Shown: positions 38,785 through 56,299 of the stretch, one piece after another
Layout of the letters: each line of letters begins with the position of its first letter
How positions within the stretch are numbered: position 1 is the first letter of the stretch
NCBI RefSeq assembly: GCF_009914755.1
Contig: NC_060930.1
Length of the DNA: 64,000 bases
Reading direction: 5' to 3' (one strand)
From: the human T2T-CHM13v2.0 reference genome, Homo sapiens
Notes under the pieces: model-generated
Database searches by the model: none
What the model was told of the DNA's origin: nothing
Seen by the model: the letters and a program-made list of their open reading frames with translations, nothing else
Translations under genes and position numbers: made by a program

Positions 38785-41700
38785 TTAGTTATGTGGGTAT
38801 TTTCTACTAAGTATTTGCGAAATTTCATTTTGTAGATGTATTTCATTTTTTCTAATTTTTCTGAAAAGAGAGACTGGCTGTATTAGTACTTTCTTTGGAG
38901 CTTAGTTTTCAAATCTGTAAAATGAGGACTTGAAACTAACCTTTTCTTCTAGTTCTTGAATTCTATGATAAAGAACGGGAGACTCAAGTGGAATAAGTTC
39001 AGTCTTCTTATGAAGATTTTAATTAATATTTGAAATAGGCAACTCATTCATTTGGTACAAAATTCCAAAGGTACAAATTCTGCATCATGAAAAAATGAAT
39101 TTTGCTACCTTCCTTAATTGTCTCTTTATCATACTGTTTCATACAGTTTCTTCAAGAATGTCTCTTGGTATTTTTACTTTTGATGTCAGTTGATAGGAAG
39201 GCACGTTTGATTTTGATCAGTACCAAATGTTACAGTACCATTATAACAAATTATATATACAACAAATTTAATAAAATATTTTTGTATATGCTAGCTATCA
39301 TTATTTCCTATACATTGTGTCAATAATGTTGGCATTTGTATAATTCACAATAGTTTTAAAGACATTTCAATATGTACTATACTATTGTATTAGATAGTAC
39401 AATAGATAGTACATATTGCTCTAAGGTACCATGTATGGATATAATTTCCAACATACGAACTTGCAAGGTAGATTATAAATGTCATGATTTTGCCATGTAC
39501 CATGTGTGTATTTTGATATTGTCATAATGCCTAATACAATGCTAATAATGGAGTGGTTTTATAAACTGTTACTGTGACCTATGCCCAAAAAGTCATGAAA
39601 ATTGTCAACTGGTAGTTAAGAATTGGGAGGTAAATTTGAAACTTCATGTATATGACAAGGGATACATTATGCTTTATGACAAACTCTTAGTGACAGGCTG
39701 CTGGGCTCTACAGAAGTGTCTGGGGTTGAGGTCTCCCCAGGTCTGTAAAAGGACAGATAGGACTCCTGTTATCAAAGTCTAGCCCTTCCCTCCCCAGCCT
39801 TCTGCAGACTCAGTAAGAGTCTAAAGTCTGTAGGGACCACTATTTCTGAAAAAGGAATAAAAAGGTTTAAAGAGACATCCACCAGTAAAACTGCTGGTAG
39901 ACTTGCAAAGAGATAGGATACTTGTATCCTTCAACTTGGCCCACCAGTTCAAAGGAAAAGAAACCGAATATATCTGGAGACTTCTCCCTGTAAATCAAAG
40001 AAAGGATGCTTACCACACCCTTACCTAGACTGCTTGTAGTTACTATGGAATCATAATGATGTCTCCCAAAAGAAAGTTCTACCTCGTGCTGCAGCATGTT
40101 TTCTTGGCCTTGAGCCATCATCACTTTCAATTAAGTAGAAATCCTTTACAAGTTGTCATCAGTTTTATCCAAGACCTTTTTAGAGATCACCCAGTATACA
40201 ATGGCTATTGCTTGGCTCTAATTGAAGTATAGAAATGAGTAAGATATAATGGTTGCTCTCAATGAGTTTACAATTCAGTTAGAAGGGATACAACAAGCTC
40301 CATAACATTTATATGAGAAGGTAGAATATAAAAAGTATCTAATAGAAACACAAAGGGCTTTCATTAAACATATCATAATAATACAACTTATAAATGTGCC
40401 CTTATGGACCTCAGAATTGAAAAAGGTTTAAGCCAGAAGTAGAACAGAACATGTTGACAGGCTGTTCTTTAAAAAGACCCAGAAATGAACTCTCCTTTTA
40501 TCACTATGTTTTATGCATTTTAAGGAGGTCATAAACCAACAGAATCTATAATACACATTAATGCCAGGATAAATGAAAGCCAATATATTATATGGTTAGT
40601 CTTGGCATAATCTCAGAAAAGAATTATGTGATTGATTTTGAAATCTTATTTATTGCTCTTAGTTGAATAGCTGAAAGTTCTTCCTAACTAATTTGTTTAA
40701 CTGGAGTTGCTATTTAGGTAAATCATAGATTTTTTAAAACTGCTTTATAGGCTCTATTAGATAAAGAATATATAACCACATCTATCATTTTGTATTGGCC
40801 ACCTTCCAAATAAAGTACACTCTTCATTTTACTGGACAGCTTCCAATACTATCCATGTACTACTAGAAGAGAAACTGTTTATTGCTTATATTTGAAAACA
40901 TATTTGTTTTAAAGAAAATCATAGAAAATAATTTCTTGATTCTCCCATATTTTAGGGAGTATAAATTTTTCAACATTATATAGGGTCAAGATGAACTGAC
41001 TAGCTGTGGTGACTGGAGCACTCTGCAGAGTTCCTCTAAATTCCTGGATCCAGGGTTATTAACTGAACTTTCCCTGAAGCCATTGAATTAAATTCAATAT
41101 ATTTGTCCTCCATTTAAGGTGACTTAATTGAATAAGGATTTATTTTTCTCATCACTCATTATTGACAGAAATTAAAATTTGTAACATCTAGGAAAATAAA
41201 ATAGCCATCTTGGCTTCATAGTAACCAATTTACAATCTTTTCATAAATCATGATACTAAACACATGAATGGAAAATGAAAGACACAAAAGCCATTGTTTT
41301 TTCTTTCTGATAAAACACACACTTCCAAACCATGGCAAAATGTTTATGTTATCTTATGCCACCTAAATACCTGGCCCTGTGGGAGTTATTCAGCTGATCA
41401 ATGTGTGTTACAGATGGGGCCTGTGTTACAGGTTTCATCCTTCCTCAGGAGACTTAGTTTCTGCAATGGCAGATTATACTTCTTACTAGATAAGCTTGCA
41501 CTTGCCATTTCATGCAACAGGAAGAACTTCCCCATCAAATGGCAAGTGAAAGCTGGTAGAAACGGTGTTAAGTAGGTGAATCAATGAGGGGCCTCTCTGC
41601 ACTGCTGAAAACAGCTACCAGAATTCAGAGGATAATGAAGGTGATCTCCAAATAGAAAAGCAAATGAAAGTAAAACATTTTTTAAAAACCCTGGCACAAT

Positions 41701-44334
41701 TAATAGTCTTAAAAAAATGTTATAGAATACTTGTTGAATTTTCCAAGGAGCATGAAGAGGTGGAGGGGAATACTTGCTGATTTATATTAGATCTATAGCA
41801 TCCATCTACAGACTCAATCTCCAGGAAACAGTGTTGATTTGAGGATTCATATACAAGAAACACCCTGCCCCAACCATGTGCTGAGCCTATGCTGAATACT
41901 TTTAGATAAATTGTATTTTTAGTCTTGTCCTTACCTATACTAAACCTTGTCACTAAATCAGATCCTCAAACAAGCCTTTGAGGAGACCCTGAGGCAACCC
42001 AGCAACTATATTGGCTCTTCCAGAACATCTTTAAAATGAATAACAGAGCAGGTTTGAAGGGAGTAGAAGGGCAGACTTATATCTGCTGAAATGATTGCGG
42101 TTTCTTTGGAATTAACATTGCAGAAGCAAGACTAATGGTAGATTTAAAAGCAGAAGGTTGGGCTCTGGTTAGACAGAGTCCTAGATAATCCAATTTTATC
42201 TTCAAAGGCAATACTCTCATGGTCTTGAAAATTTTCTTATATCCCAGTGAGAAAAAAAAAGGATGATATTAAACCTACGTATTTTTTAAAAGCCCTTCTT
42301 TTTTATTTCTTAAAGAATGTTTGATAAAATATTGTTATATGCTATTATATACTGTATTTTACTTCTATTTCAGTAATAGCTGCCATAATTACATGATTCT
42401 AAATGTAAACTCTCCAAGAAAACCATATGAAGCACTTTTTTTTTTCTTCGTTAGTGTCCAGAGAAGAAATTAGCCAAATGGAAAGCTCTAGTCAGCTGTT
42501 TTGTTTCATGGGAGAGTAGTTCATCAGCTCTCTGGAGAATTTGTGTTCAACCTTTCCACACAAGACATTCAGCTTCCAACAAACTGTGCTTGCAAATATG
42601 TCCCTAGAGACTAATATCAAACATTCCACCACAATTCTATGATGCTTGTTTTAGGTTATTTTTGATTGATGGCCTGAAGTTATGGCTTAAGTTATTTTTA
42701 AGATTGTTTGTTGAGTTTTTTTTAAGTAGCATTTGGGAGGGGGAATGGAAAGAGCCTCCTTCTTCAAAATGCAAATTACAGTTATAATTTAATTGCACAT
42801 TTTCCATCAAGCCAAGTACACCTACAACTGACTTACCCATGACTTTTCCATTCTTACATCTCACTTGATCCTTGAGTGGGATCATAAGCAATTAATATAA
42901 TTCTCATTTCAGAGGTAAAGAAAGGGCCAGAAAAGTTACATGGCTTTCATAACTGTGGACAAACTATACGCTAGGGCTAAAACAACCAGCACGAGAATCT
43001 GTAGCTTTTGATTTTTAACCCAATGCTCTTCTTGGTATTTATGTCTTTGGTTTCAAGCAAAAAACAAATAAGGAAGTACACACAGATCTGTTCAACTTGA
43101 CCCTCAGAACCAAGTGGAAAAAAAGAAAATGAAATTCTAAAAGTAGAGCCTATTTACTAATTATTCTAACTTTTTCGTAGTTTTAAAATACGTGAATTTT
43201 AAATTTTTCTACTGTAGAATGTGCATGTATCCCATCTGGCCTAGTTTACAGACTAATAATAAATGTGGAGGATTTAATTTTCTCATATAACTAATTTAAC
43301 TCCCCTAAATTTTGTCAAATTCAGCCACTCATTGCACCAACATTTCAGTTAACATCATAGATATCAATGGACAATGACTTCGCAGTCCTGTCACGATACG
43401 GTAGCCTCCAAAGTTTTATGCATAGACCAGAAAGGCTCATGCAGCTCCCAACAGAGAACTGAAGTATCTGATCGAACAGTTTAAACTGTTAGTGGAAGCT
43501 CATTGGTGCCCGAAGTTTAGAGAAAAGCCCTTTAATCTTGTCAACAGATTAACCACCTACTTTTGCTGTTTCTTTGATATCTTCCTTGGCTGATATTCAA
43601 AGGGCAATTGAATATCAAAGGCTGCCTTCTTCAGTCACCCTCACAGAAAAAGTAAAAAACTCTCCCTGCCATGGCAGGACCTTAGGGCTTTAACTTTTAT
43701 TCCCTAGCTGTTATGCTCCGTCCTTTGACATATTTGCTATACGTGTAACAGATATGAATTAATTCACCATTCAAGTAAATACATAACATGCAAATTCTTA
43801 ACTGTTTTATATTCAAGTTTTTATCCTTTATTCTATTCATAGAATTCTTTTCGTATATGTGTTTTCATTAGTGCTTGTTTTGGATTCCAAGTTCTTAAAG
43901 AACAAGAAGTTTCTATTTGTTCAATTATTCAGTCCTAAAACATTTACTGAGATCATGCTACGCCTCCTGAGATACAGAGATAAAGTAAGCAGCATCCTTA
44001 GCCTTGAGGAGCTAATAGTGGTGTGAGAAAGACATACATAGGACAAAACAACTGTTACAAAATGTGGCAAAAGAAAGACAGACATAAATATGAACTAATG
44101 AGAACAACCACTCTGCCCTGAAATATATGAAAATGCTACAGAGAGAAGGATTTTTCACTGGACCTTGACCGATGAGGATAATCATCAGGTTGGATGGATG
44201 AGGTAGATGGGGAGCAAAGAGAAGTACATTAGAAATAGAAGAGGAGTCATGTGTGACAACTGAAACGCATAATGGAACAGAGTGTATTTGAGGAATAGGG
44301 AGACACTGGAAGTGGCTGAAGCACAGGTGGGATA

Positions 44335-44338
44335 TGTG

Positions 44339-44380
<42 letters not shown>
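44335..44380. repeat. (TG)n microsatellite inside L2-like sequence
   Basis: Interrupted TG run; explains the HTHTHT ORFs on the minus strand. Confidence 0.9.
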
Positions 44381-44381
<1 letters not shown>

Positions 44382-46184
44382 TGGAAAGTCTGGGGTGGGG
44401 AAAGGGCTGGAGATAGTGAGACAAGTAGAAATGAGAAGATAATCAAAGATCTCTATGCTAAGTAGTTGAGTTTAGATTTTATAGTCGAAGAAGAGCTGTT
44501 GGAAGTTTTTCACCAGAGAAAGATGATCAGATGAGGCTGAGTGAGATTTTTATCAAGCATCATGGAGGATGTTCTGGAATTCTCCAGGAAAATTGAATTT
44601 ATCATTAGAGAACAAAGTCATGTAGTAGACATGTGCTTAGTTCCTCTAAATAAAGAAATATGTAATATTTTCAGTTCAATGTAAGCCAATATGGTCCACC
44701 AGATATGTGAGGAAAGCCTAATTAAACTAATATTTAAATAATGCTTCTAAGGTAGAATTAATAGGATGTGGTAACCCATAAATGTGTGGGGAGTGTAGGG
44801 AGGAAAAGAGAATGAAACATTTGCCTTAGGAGACTAGGTGTATTGTCTAACTATGCACTGCAGATGTTTTCAGCAACCCTTTGTAGAGAATAGAGCAGTA
44901 TACCTTGCTCAGTCAGGCTTCGAAAATCCTACTGACTGTCCATCAGTCACCTTTTGCCCTTAAGAGCAATGATTCAAATTAAAACCCTGAACAAGAAAAT
45001 GACCACAGGTAAATCCAGTTAATTGTAGATTAAACCTAGATTCTTCATCCAGTTTCTGTCTCTATTCAAGTTTTGTATGTCAATCACACAAGTTTCAAAG
45101 ACTTCAACAGTTTGCATTAGGTCTTCCCAAGAGCATTTTAATATTCTTTACACCATTTAAATTTAAATTCTTCCAAGTACTTCCCTAAAGAAAAAAGAAA
45201 AAATCTACTTTACAGAATCAAATAAAGACCTGAATAGGCAATTGGGATAGCCATGCGGCAATCCCAGCTGAGCATAGATATATTTATACAGGTAAAACTA
45301 CTTTGAATAACCAGATGAAAATTAAACCAGAAAGCCCAGCAGACTTTACATTAAAGGGCAGTGCACTTTTGCTTATATGCAAAAGTAATAATTATGGTGC
45401 TATTTGCATTTATTTAGTAAAATTTACAGATCATATATTAGAGAAAAAAGTAATCTTAAAAAAAAACCCTACTCTATATCCTGTATTTTAAGACACATAT
45501 CAATGTGATTATTTTATATGGTGTTACCTATCTCCATGGGGAACAAAAAGCTGCAATCAAATCAATGCAGTAACTTATAATTGGTATTTAGAATAAGAAT
45601 ATATGGTAATTCACCTCCCTGAAATTATAGCACAAAAGTAAAATTCCTCAAAAACACATGAACAGAGAGTCATTATTGGAAACCAGAAGACCGTAATTAT
45701 ATCCTAGTGCACTTCAACTTTACCATAAGAAAGTAAAAGCCCTCTTTAAAAACATGTAATCTATAGCAGGAAAGTAATAAGACACATATAAGTAGCGTAT
45801 TTATTTGCACAATGCTGTGTTAACTGAAACTTGTGCATATTGTAAACATATTCTTGCCTTGCACAGTTCCATGGTAGCTGAGTATTGAGAACGGGAAGAG
45901 AAACGAGAGGGGAGAGGGAAGAAAGGAAAAAAAAGAAATAACTTCATTGTCTTCCTCTTCCCTCTGTTGCATCTACAATGGTCTTCCTCACAATTCACTC
46001 ATCTGCTCAATTCACAAGCATCCCAGCTCTTCGTGAGCACAACTTCCATGACCACTATGAGCACACAAAGCCCTTTCTTGTTTTATTAAAAATAATCCAA
46101 ATGGATGTAGAAATATAAAGGCTGGTTTAATACATACTATTACTTATTCATGATCCACTCGTTTTTTAAAAAACATTGAATCTG

Positions 46185-47462
46185 TGAGAGGACTTCAAAT
46201 AGTTCATGGAAAATACACATTATTTAAAAACTAAGCATGTGTTTAAAAATTTTTTACACTGAAATAAACTCATACTAATTTGTTATAACATGTCTGAAAA
46301 GGATCTAGTTTGAGGCAACAAGAAGGATAAGACATCAGTTTGAGGAGTCTCTATCAGAGCAACATAAATTCTTCTAAAATTGAAGCATGAGCAAACATCA
46401 AATTTACAGTGAAGCTTGGGAGGAAGAAAGGTGAACTAATTTATACTTTATGTAAAGATAATAGGGACAATGCCCCAAAGAAATTAGCAGTTTACAAATG
46501 GATAACTTGTCTCAAGAAGGGATGAGATGATGTTAAAATGAAGCCTGCAGCAGCAAACCATTCACATAAATTTGCAAGGAAAAAATTAATCCTTTGTGCC
46601 CTAATTGGAGAGGACTGACAATTGACAGCAGAAACAATAGCCAACACCATAGACATCTCAATTGGTTCAGCTTACACAATTCTGACTAAAAAAAAATAAG
46701 ATGAGCAAACTTAACACTTGTGTGCCAAAACGATTGCACAGATCAGCTGCAGACAAGAGTAGAGCTTTCAATGGAAATTTTAGACAAGTGAGATCAAGAT
46801 CTTGAAGCATTTATTTGAAGAACTGTGATAAGAGATGAAACACGGCTTTGCCAGTCCGATCCTGAAGACAAAGCACAATCAAAGGAATGGTCTCCAAGAG
46901 ACGGAAGTGGTCCAGTCAAAGCCAAAGGAGAACATTCAAGAGCAAAGGTCATGGCAACAGCTTTTTGGGATGCTCAGGGCATTTTGCTTGTTGACTTTCT
47001 GGAGGGCCAAAGAACAATAACATCTGTTTATTATCAGAGTGTTTGGAGAAAGTTAGCCAAAGCTTTAGCTGAAAAACGCACAAGAAATCTTCACCAGAGA
47101 GTTCTTCACAATGCCCCTGCTCATTTCTCTCATCAAACAAGAGCAATTTTGTGAGAATTTCTATGGAAAATTATTAGGCAACCATTTTATGGTCCCGACT
47201 TGGTTCCTTCTGACTTCCTTTTGTTTCCTAATCTTAAAAAAGTCCTTAAAGGGCACCTATTTTTCTTCAGTTACTTATGTAAAAAGACTACATTTACATG
47301 GTTAAATTCCCAGGATCCTCAGTTCTTTAGGAATGGATTATATGGCTGATATCATCACTTACAAAAGTGTCAAACTTGATGGAGCTTATGTTGAGAAATA
47401 AATTTATATTTTTAATTTTTATCTCTTAATTCCACTTCTATTAACTTTTTGAAGTCTCCTTA
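46185..47462 (+). mobile_element. Full-length HSMAR2 mariner with a pseudogenised transposase
   Basis: TIRs tgagaggacttcaaatagttcatggaa and ttctattaactttttgaagtctcctta|ta; transposase remnants RDET, KVMATAFWDAQGILLVDFL, HNAPAH and a YSPDLAPSDF-like YGPDLVPSDF; stops and frameshifts. Confidence 0.92.
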
Positions 47463-47649
47463 TATAGAAAAGAGTATTCATAACATATACACAAACTGTA
47501 AGAAATAACAAATTGGCTTAACAAAGAAAACATCCCCTTTATATTTGAAACCCGTTGTGCAACATCCCAATTTATTTTAATAACTATGAAAATTAGATAA
47601 TCTTATATTGCATCCTGAATTTTTTGTTAATCATCACTATGCTTTTTAA

Positions 47650-51590
<3,941 letters not shown>

Positions 51591-51593
51591 TAT

Positions 51594-52696
51594 TATCAGG
51601 GGAAATTCAGCCAGATATCGGGGGGAAATTCACCCCCGATATTTCATGTAGGTGCTTTTCTATTTTCCCTAAGTGTCAGCCAGTTTGAGAAATAAAGGGA
51701 CAGAGAACAAAAGAGAGAAATTTTAAAGCTGGGCATCTGGGGGACACATCACATGTCGATAGGTTCCGTGATGTCCCCTGAGCTGTAAAACCAGCAAGTT
51801 TTTATTAGGGATTTTCAATGGGGAGGGAGTGTACGAATAGGGTGTGGGTCACAGAGATCAGGTACTTCACAAGGTAATAGAATATCACAAGGCAAATGGA
51901 GGCAGGGCGAGATCACAGGACCATAGGACCGGGGCAAAATTAAAATTGCTAATGAAGTTTCGGGCACCACTGTCATTGATAACATCTTATCAGGAGACAG
52001 GGTTTGAGAGCAACCTGTCTGACCAAAATTTATTAGGTGGGAATTTTCTCGTCCTAATAAGCCTGGGAGCACTATGGGAGAATGGGGCTTATTTCATCCC
52101 TACAGTCTTGACCATAGAAGATGGCCACACCCAAGGGGGCCATTGTAGAGGCCCACCCTCAGGGGCACATTCTCTTTCTCAGGGATGTTCCTTGCTGAGA
52201 AAAAGAATTCAGTGATACTTCTCCCATTTGCTTTTGAAAGAAGAGAAATACGGCTCTGTTCCGCCCAGCTCACTGGCGGTCAGAGTTTAAGGTTATCTCT
52301 CTTATTCCCTTGAACATTGCTGTTATCCTGTTCTTATTTCAAGGTGCCCAGATTTCATATTGTTCAAACACACATGCTCTACAATTTGTGCAGTTAATGC
52401 AATCATCACAGGGTCCTGAGGCAACATACATCCTCCTCAGCTTACGAGATGACAGGATTAAGAGATTAAAGTGAAAACAGGCATAGGAAATCACAGGGGT
52501 ATTGACTGGGGAAGTGGTAAGTGTCCAAGAAATCTTCACAATTTATGTTTAGAGATTGCAGTAAAGACAGGCATAAGAAATTATAAAAGTATTAATTTGG
52601 GGATCTAATAAATGTCCATGAAATCTTCACAATTTATGTTCTTCCACCATGGCTTCAGCCAGTCCCTCCGTTCAGGGTCCCTGACTTCCCGCAACA
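51594..52696 (-). mobile_element. MER11 (MER11A-like) solo LTR of HERV-K11/HML-8
   Basis: Ends ...agggtccctgacttcccgcaaca, the reverse complement of the MER11 start TGTTGCGGGAAGTCAGGGACC; 1103 bp; 6-bp TSD TTTTAT at 51588-51593 and 52697-52702. Confidence 0.9.
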
Positions 52697-54117
52697 TTTT
52701 ATAATCTACTTTTGATATGTTATTTGTCTTTCGTTTTTAGTAGTTGTACCCTGATGTGTCCAAGTGTGTTTTTCAGGTCAGTTGAGGTTCATGTTTTCTT
52801 GGTTTTTAAAATTTGGGGCATGTATTTTGTCAGTTTTGGAAGATGGGCCATTGTTTCTTCAAATACAACTTGTATATTTTTCTCTTTTCTCATTCTCATT
52901 CTATCATCTATGTTTCTTACTTTCTTAATTGTACTTTTTATACCTTTTATCATCATGCTTAATTTTATTTTCTATTTTATCATCTTTTTCATTTCATACA
53001 ATCTTTTCTAAAATTTCCCATTATGTCCCTAATTTAAATCATTGTATATTTCTGTACTATAATTTACATTTCATTCTTTTTCATTGTTTTTAATTCTCTG
53101 CAAAATTTTTGCTCCTTATTTTATTTACCCCCTTGAACATATTAAGGATAGTTTTATGTTCTGTCTTATAACTCCAAAATCTATGGCTTCCTGCATGTAT
53201 GTTTCTATTCTTTATATTCCCTTGTCTTCTTCTGAACATGGTCATTTTTGTTTAGTGCTAGACATTGGTGTAGAAGTAATTGAGGCCTAAGATGATGTTT
53301 TCTTCCTTCAGACAGGATGTGTATTTATTCTGGTGTTCACCTAGGGATACCAGAATTCCAAGGTTATCTTAATATAATTTTAGAAACTGAGGTAATTCAA
53401 AGCTGGGCTTCCATCTCTGAAATACTAGTTTACTTCTAATTTACGTTACTCCAAGGGCATAGCTCTTTGGAAATATCACCTACACAATGATAAGCTTACC
53501 AGGCCTGCTACATGGAAGGTCCATTGACCTCAATCTTTGTCCCCTTAGCCTTTCTAGGCTGTCAGAAGTGCCATACAGCTTCTCAGACTATTCATTTTAT
53601 CTTTTTGGATGTACATATTCTTCTGTGGAAAGCAAATACCAAGCTCATCTACGCTTTTCTCCTTCCTTTGGACTTTGCCTATTCTTCACTGTAATATTAA
53701 TTCTCTGATGCCTCCAAGCTACACTTTTTAAGTACACTTTTTAAGTACTAGCTTCTCTAGTGGTTCACAGCAGCCTCATGGTTTGAATTATACAGAGTAC
53801 CATTATTGGACTGGAAGTCTTTCAACAATTTTATTTTGGGGAAAAATTATTTCTATTATCTTCATTTAGTGAATTTTCTCTTTATGCATTAGTTTGTTTC
53901 ATTTCAAGGTTGCTGATTTTTACTTTTGCTTTTTTCAGTCTGCTGATAATCTTATCCATTGAATTCTCTATTACAAATATTTTTAAACATAAGCCCCCAC
54001 AGGGACTTTATTATACTTATGTTAAATATTTGGAAGGAAATGAACAGAATGAGTGAATGTATAAATGATTTCAGCAGAAAAATGAAAGAACTGGAAAAGG
54101 ATCCAATAAATATTAGA

Positions 54118-54119
<2 letters not shown>

Positions 54120-54166
<47 letters not shown>
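54120..54166. repeat. (TA)n microsatellite followed by (TGTA)n
   Basis: Direct observation. Confidence 0.95.
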
Positions 54167-54167
<1 letters not shown>

Positions 54168-54849
54168 TTACTTCTTGAGGTGTCTTATAATTTTTTGCCT
54201 GCCAAACATTGGAACAAAATACACATGTACAATTTTTGTTTCATTTTGTTTTACCCCCAGAGGATGCACTCCTTTCTTGTCACATGGCTAGGTCAAGGGG
54301 CAGAACTTTTAGTTTCTGTCAAGTGTTGTGCTGAGTTACAGTTAACAAAAATATTAAATTAGGCCGACCTCTGGGTTCAAATAGTATTAAAGAAAACTAT
54401 ATTTCCCTTTCATCTAATCTTTGGTTGAAGCTGACAAGAATTTGTTGGGATTTGAACTCAGATTGGTTGCAGATGTTGACAGTTACTTTTGGATCATCTT
54501 TGGAATATTTTGGTTTTCAACCAAGAAAGTTTAACCACTCATTTGGTTTGATTTGGGTTTAAAATGTATCATATATCTTCTTCTTTTGTGATGTCTCAGT
54601 TTTCTAGTTTTCTTTTTCCTACGTACTTTCTATGAAATAATTTTGTTTTACTTATTTCTATTTCTATGTTTAGAGTTTTCCATTAAAATTTAACAAATCT
54701 AATGACTTATTATTAAAATTTTAACATGAGAATGCTTAATCTTAATGTAATTCAGTTAATGTATTCTTTTCCAGCAATACAAGGATTAACAATCAACTCT
54801 TTCCTCACTTAAATGCTATTTTCCCCAGTACATTAGTATTATTATGTGT

Positions 54850-56180
54850 TTTTGAACCCCACAAATTATTATTGTTTTTTCATACAGTCAATGTTTATTT
54901 TTGTGTAACTGCATGTTAGTCGAGGTCTTTGCTCCTTATTCTTTCTTTTTGTCTTCAGTTTTCCTAAACCTTCCGTTAGAGAGTTTCCTTTTTTTCTTTC
55001 TTTTTTTTCAAACCACATTCTTTAGAATTCCCTTCAGTGAAGGTTTTTTGGTAGTAAACATAGCTTTTGTCAACTTAAATATGTTTTTATGTCATCCTAT
55101 TCTTTAAATTAAGCTTCACTGAGTATACAGGTCTAGAGTTTACTTATTTTCTCTTAGCATTATTTCAGTTTCTTCTGGTTTCTATTGTTGCTGTTTAGAA
55201 GTTATCTGCATATCTAATTGTTGGTGTTTTAGACATTTTTTTTTCTCTTTGAATGTCTTTAAGATCATCTTTGTCTCTGGAATATGACATCTTTACTATG
55301 ATGTGTTTGTTTTTATGATGCCTGAAATTTGTTTTACTTTCTGCATCTGTATATTAATGTCATTAATTCTTGGAAATTCAATTCTATCTCCAACCTTTGC
55401 ATATTTCTCATTTTCTCTATTATCTTCTTTTGAAATTCTGTAAAGACTTAGGTCAAATTCTTTTACTCTATCTTCTACTTTCTTTTTAACTGATATATTT
55501 TCTATCTCTTTTTCTTTCTTCATTGTATTTTATAGTATATCTTTAGTTCTATTTCCAAGTTTATTAATTTTCCCTTCAACTGATTCTAATCTGCATTTTA
55601 ATCTGTTTTAATTTTAATGATAAGTTTTTATCTCTTTTATTTCTATCAGTTCTGTTGCAAATCTGCCTAGTCATTTTTATTCTCCTGAATTTTTCTATAT
55701 AATGCTCTCTGTTATGTCTTTAAATATGTTAAACATTATTTTCCATTTTGTATCTGTTATTTCTCATGTGAAATTGTTTTGTTGGTGATCCAAGTATTTT
55801 CTTTGCTGGATTTTTACTTATACTGCTTGTTTTCATTGCTTATTCTTATTTTAAATATTTTAATTGTGAATTCATGCTCAATGAAAATTTATATGTATGA
55901 TTTTTTTAGGCCTAGGATGATGGGACATTCTTTCATAGAGGATTTTCTTGTGTTTCATTTTAAACTAAGCCTTTTAAACTAAAACCTAAGAGTTTTAGAC
56001 CTTACAGTTAGTATAAGTTCAGGCTGTAAATACTTGGATAACAAGGTCATCATGGCTCAGAAGACATCCTCAGGACAAATGGCTCCTTTAGAGAGTGTTA
56101 ACCTTTCTAGTTTCCTGCTTTCTTTTTAGTTTTAGCCTCTGAGATTTTCCCTTACTTTCTTGCCAGTTCGGCAACACATT
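54850..56180 (-). mobile_element. Ancient L1 ORF1/HAL1-like fragment
   Basis: ORF 55296-55523 (-) resembles a decayed L1 ORF1p coiled-coil/RRM segment (EDR...YRI..E.NRE...EFP...INIQMQ). Confidence 0.5.
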
Positions 56181-56299
56181 TTATTTTGTTCGTTTTTTAT
56201 TCCTTAGGCGTGTGTTTTTGAACATGCAATTTTCTAAGCTGTCAGCAATGAGCATCTTGTCACTCACATTTTAACTCTGAAATCTGACATCAGACAATT

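Noticed and set aside
41963-41984. 8-bp-stem hairpin TCCTCAAA-N6-TTTGAGGA, and a 7-bp stem near 22510
   Set aside because: Short enough to be expected by chance in 64 kb.
44012-44446. 144-aa His/Thr-rich ORF
   Set aside because: Produced by the (TG)n microsatellite and L2-like sequence.
52520-52640. Repeated AAATCTTCACAATTTATGTT
   Set aside because: An intrinsic internal repeat of the MER11 LTR.
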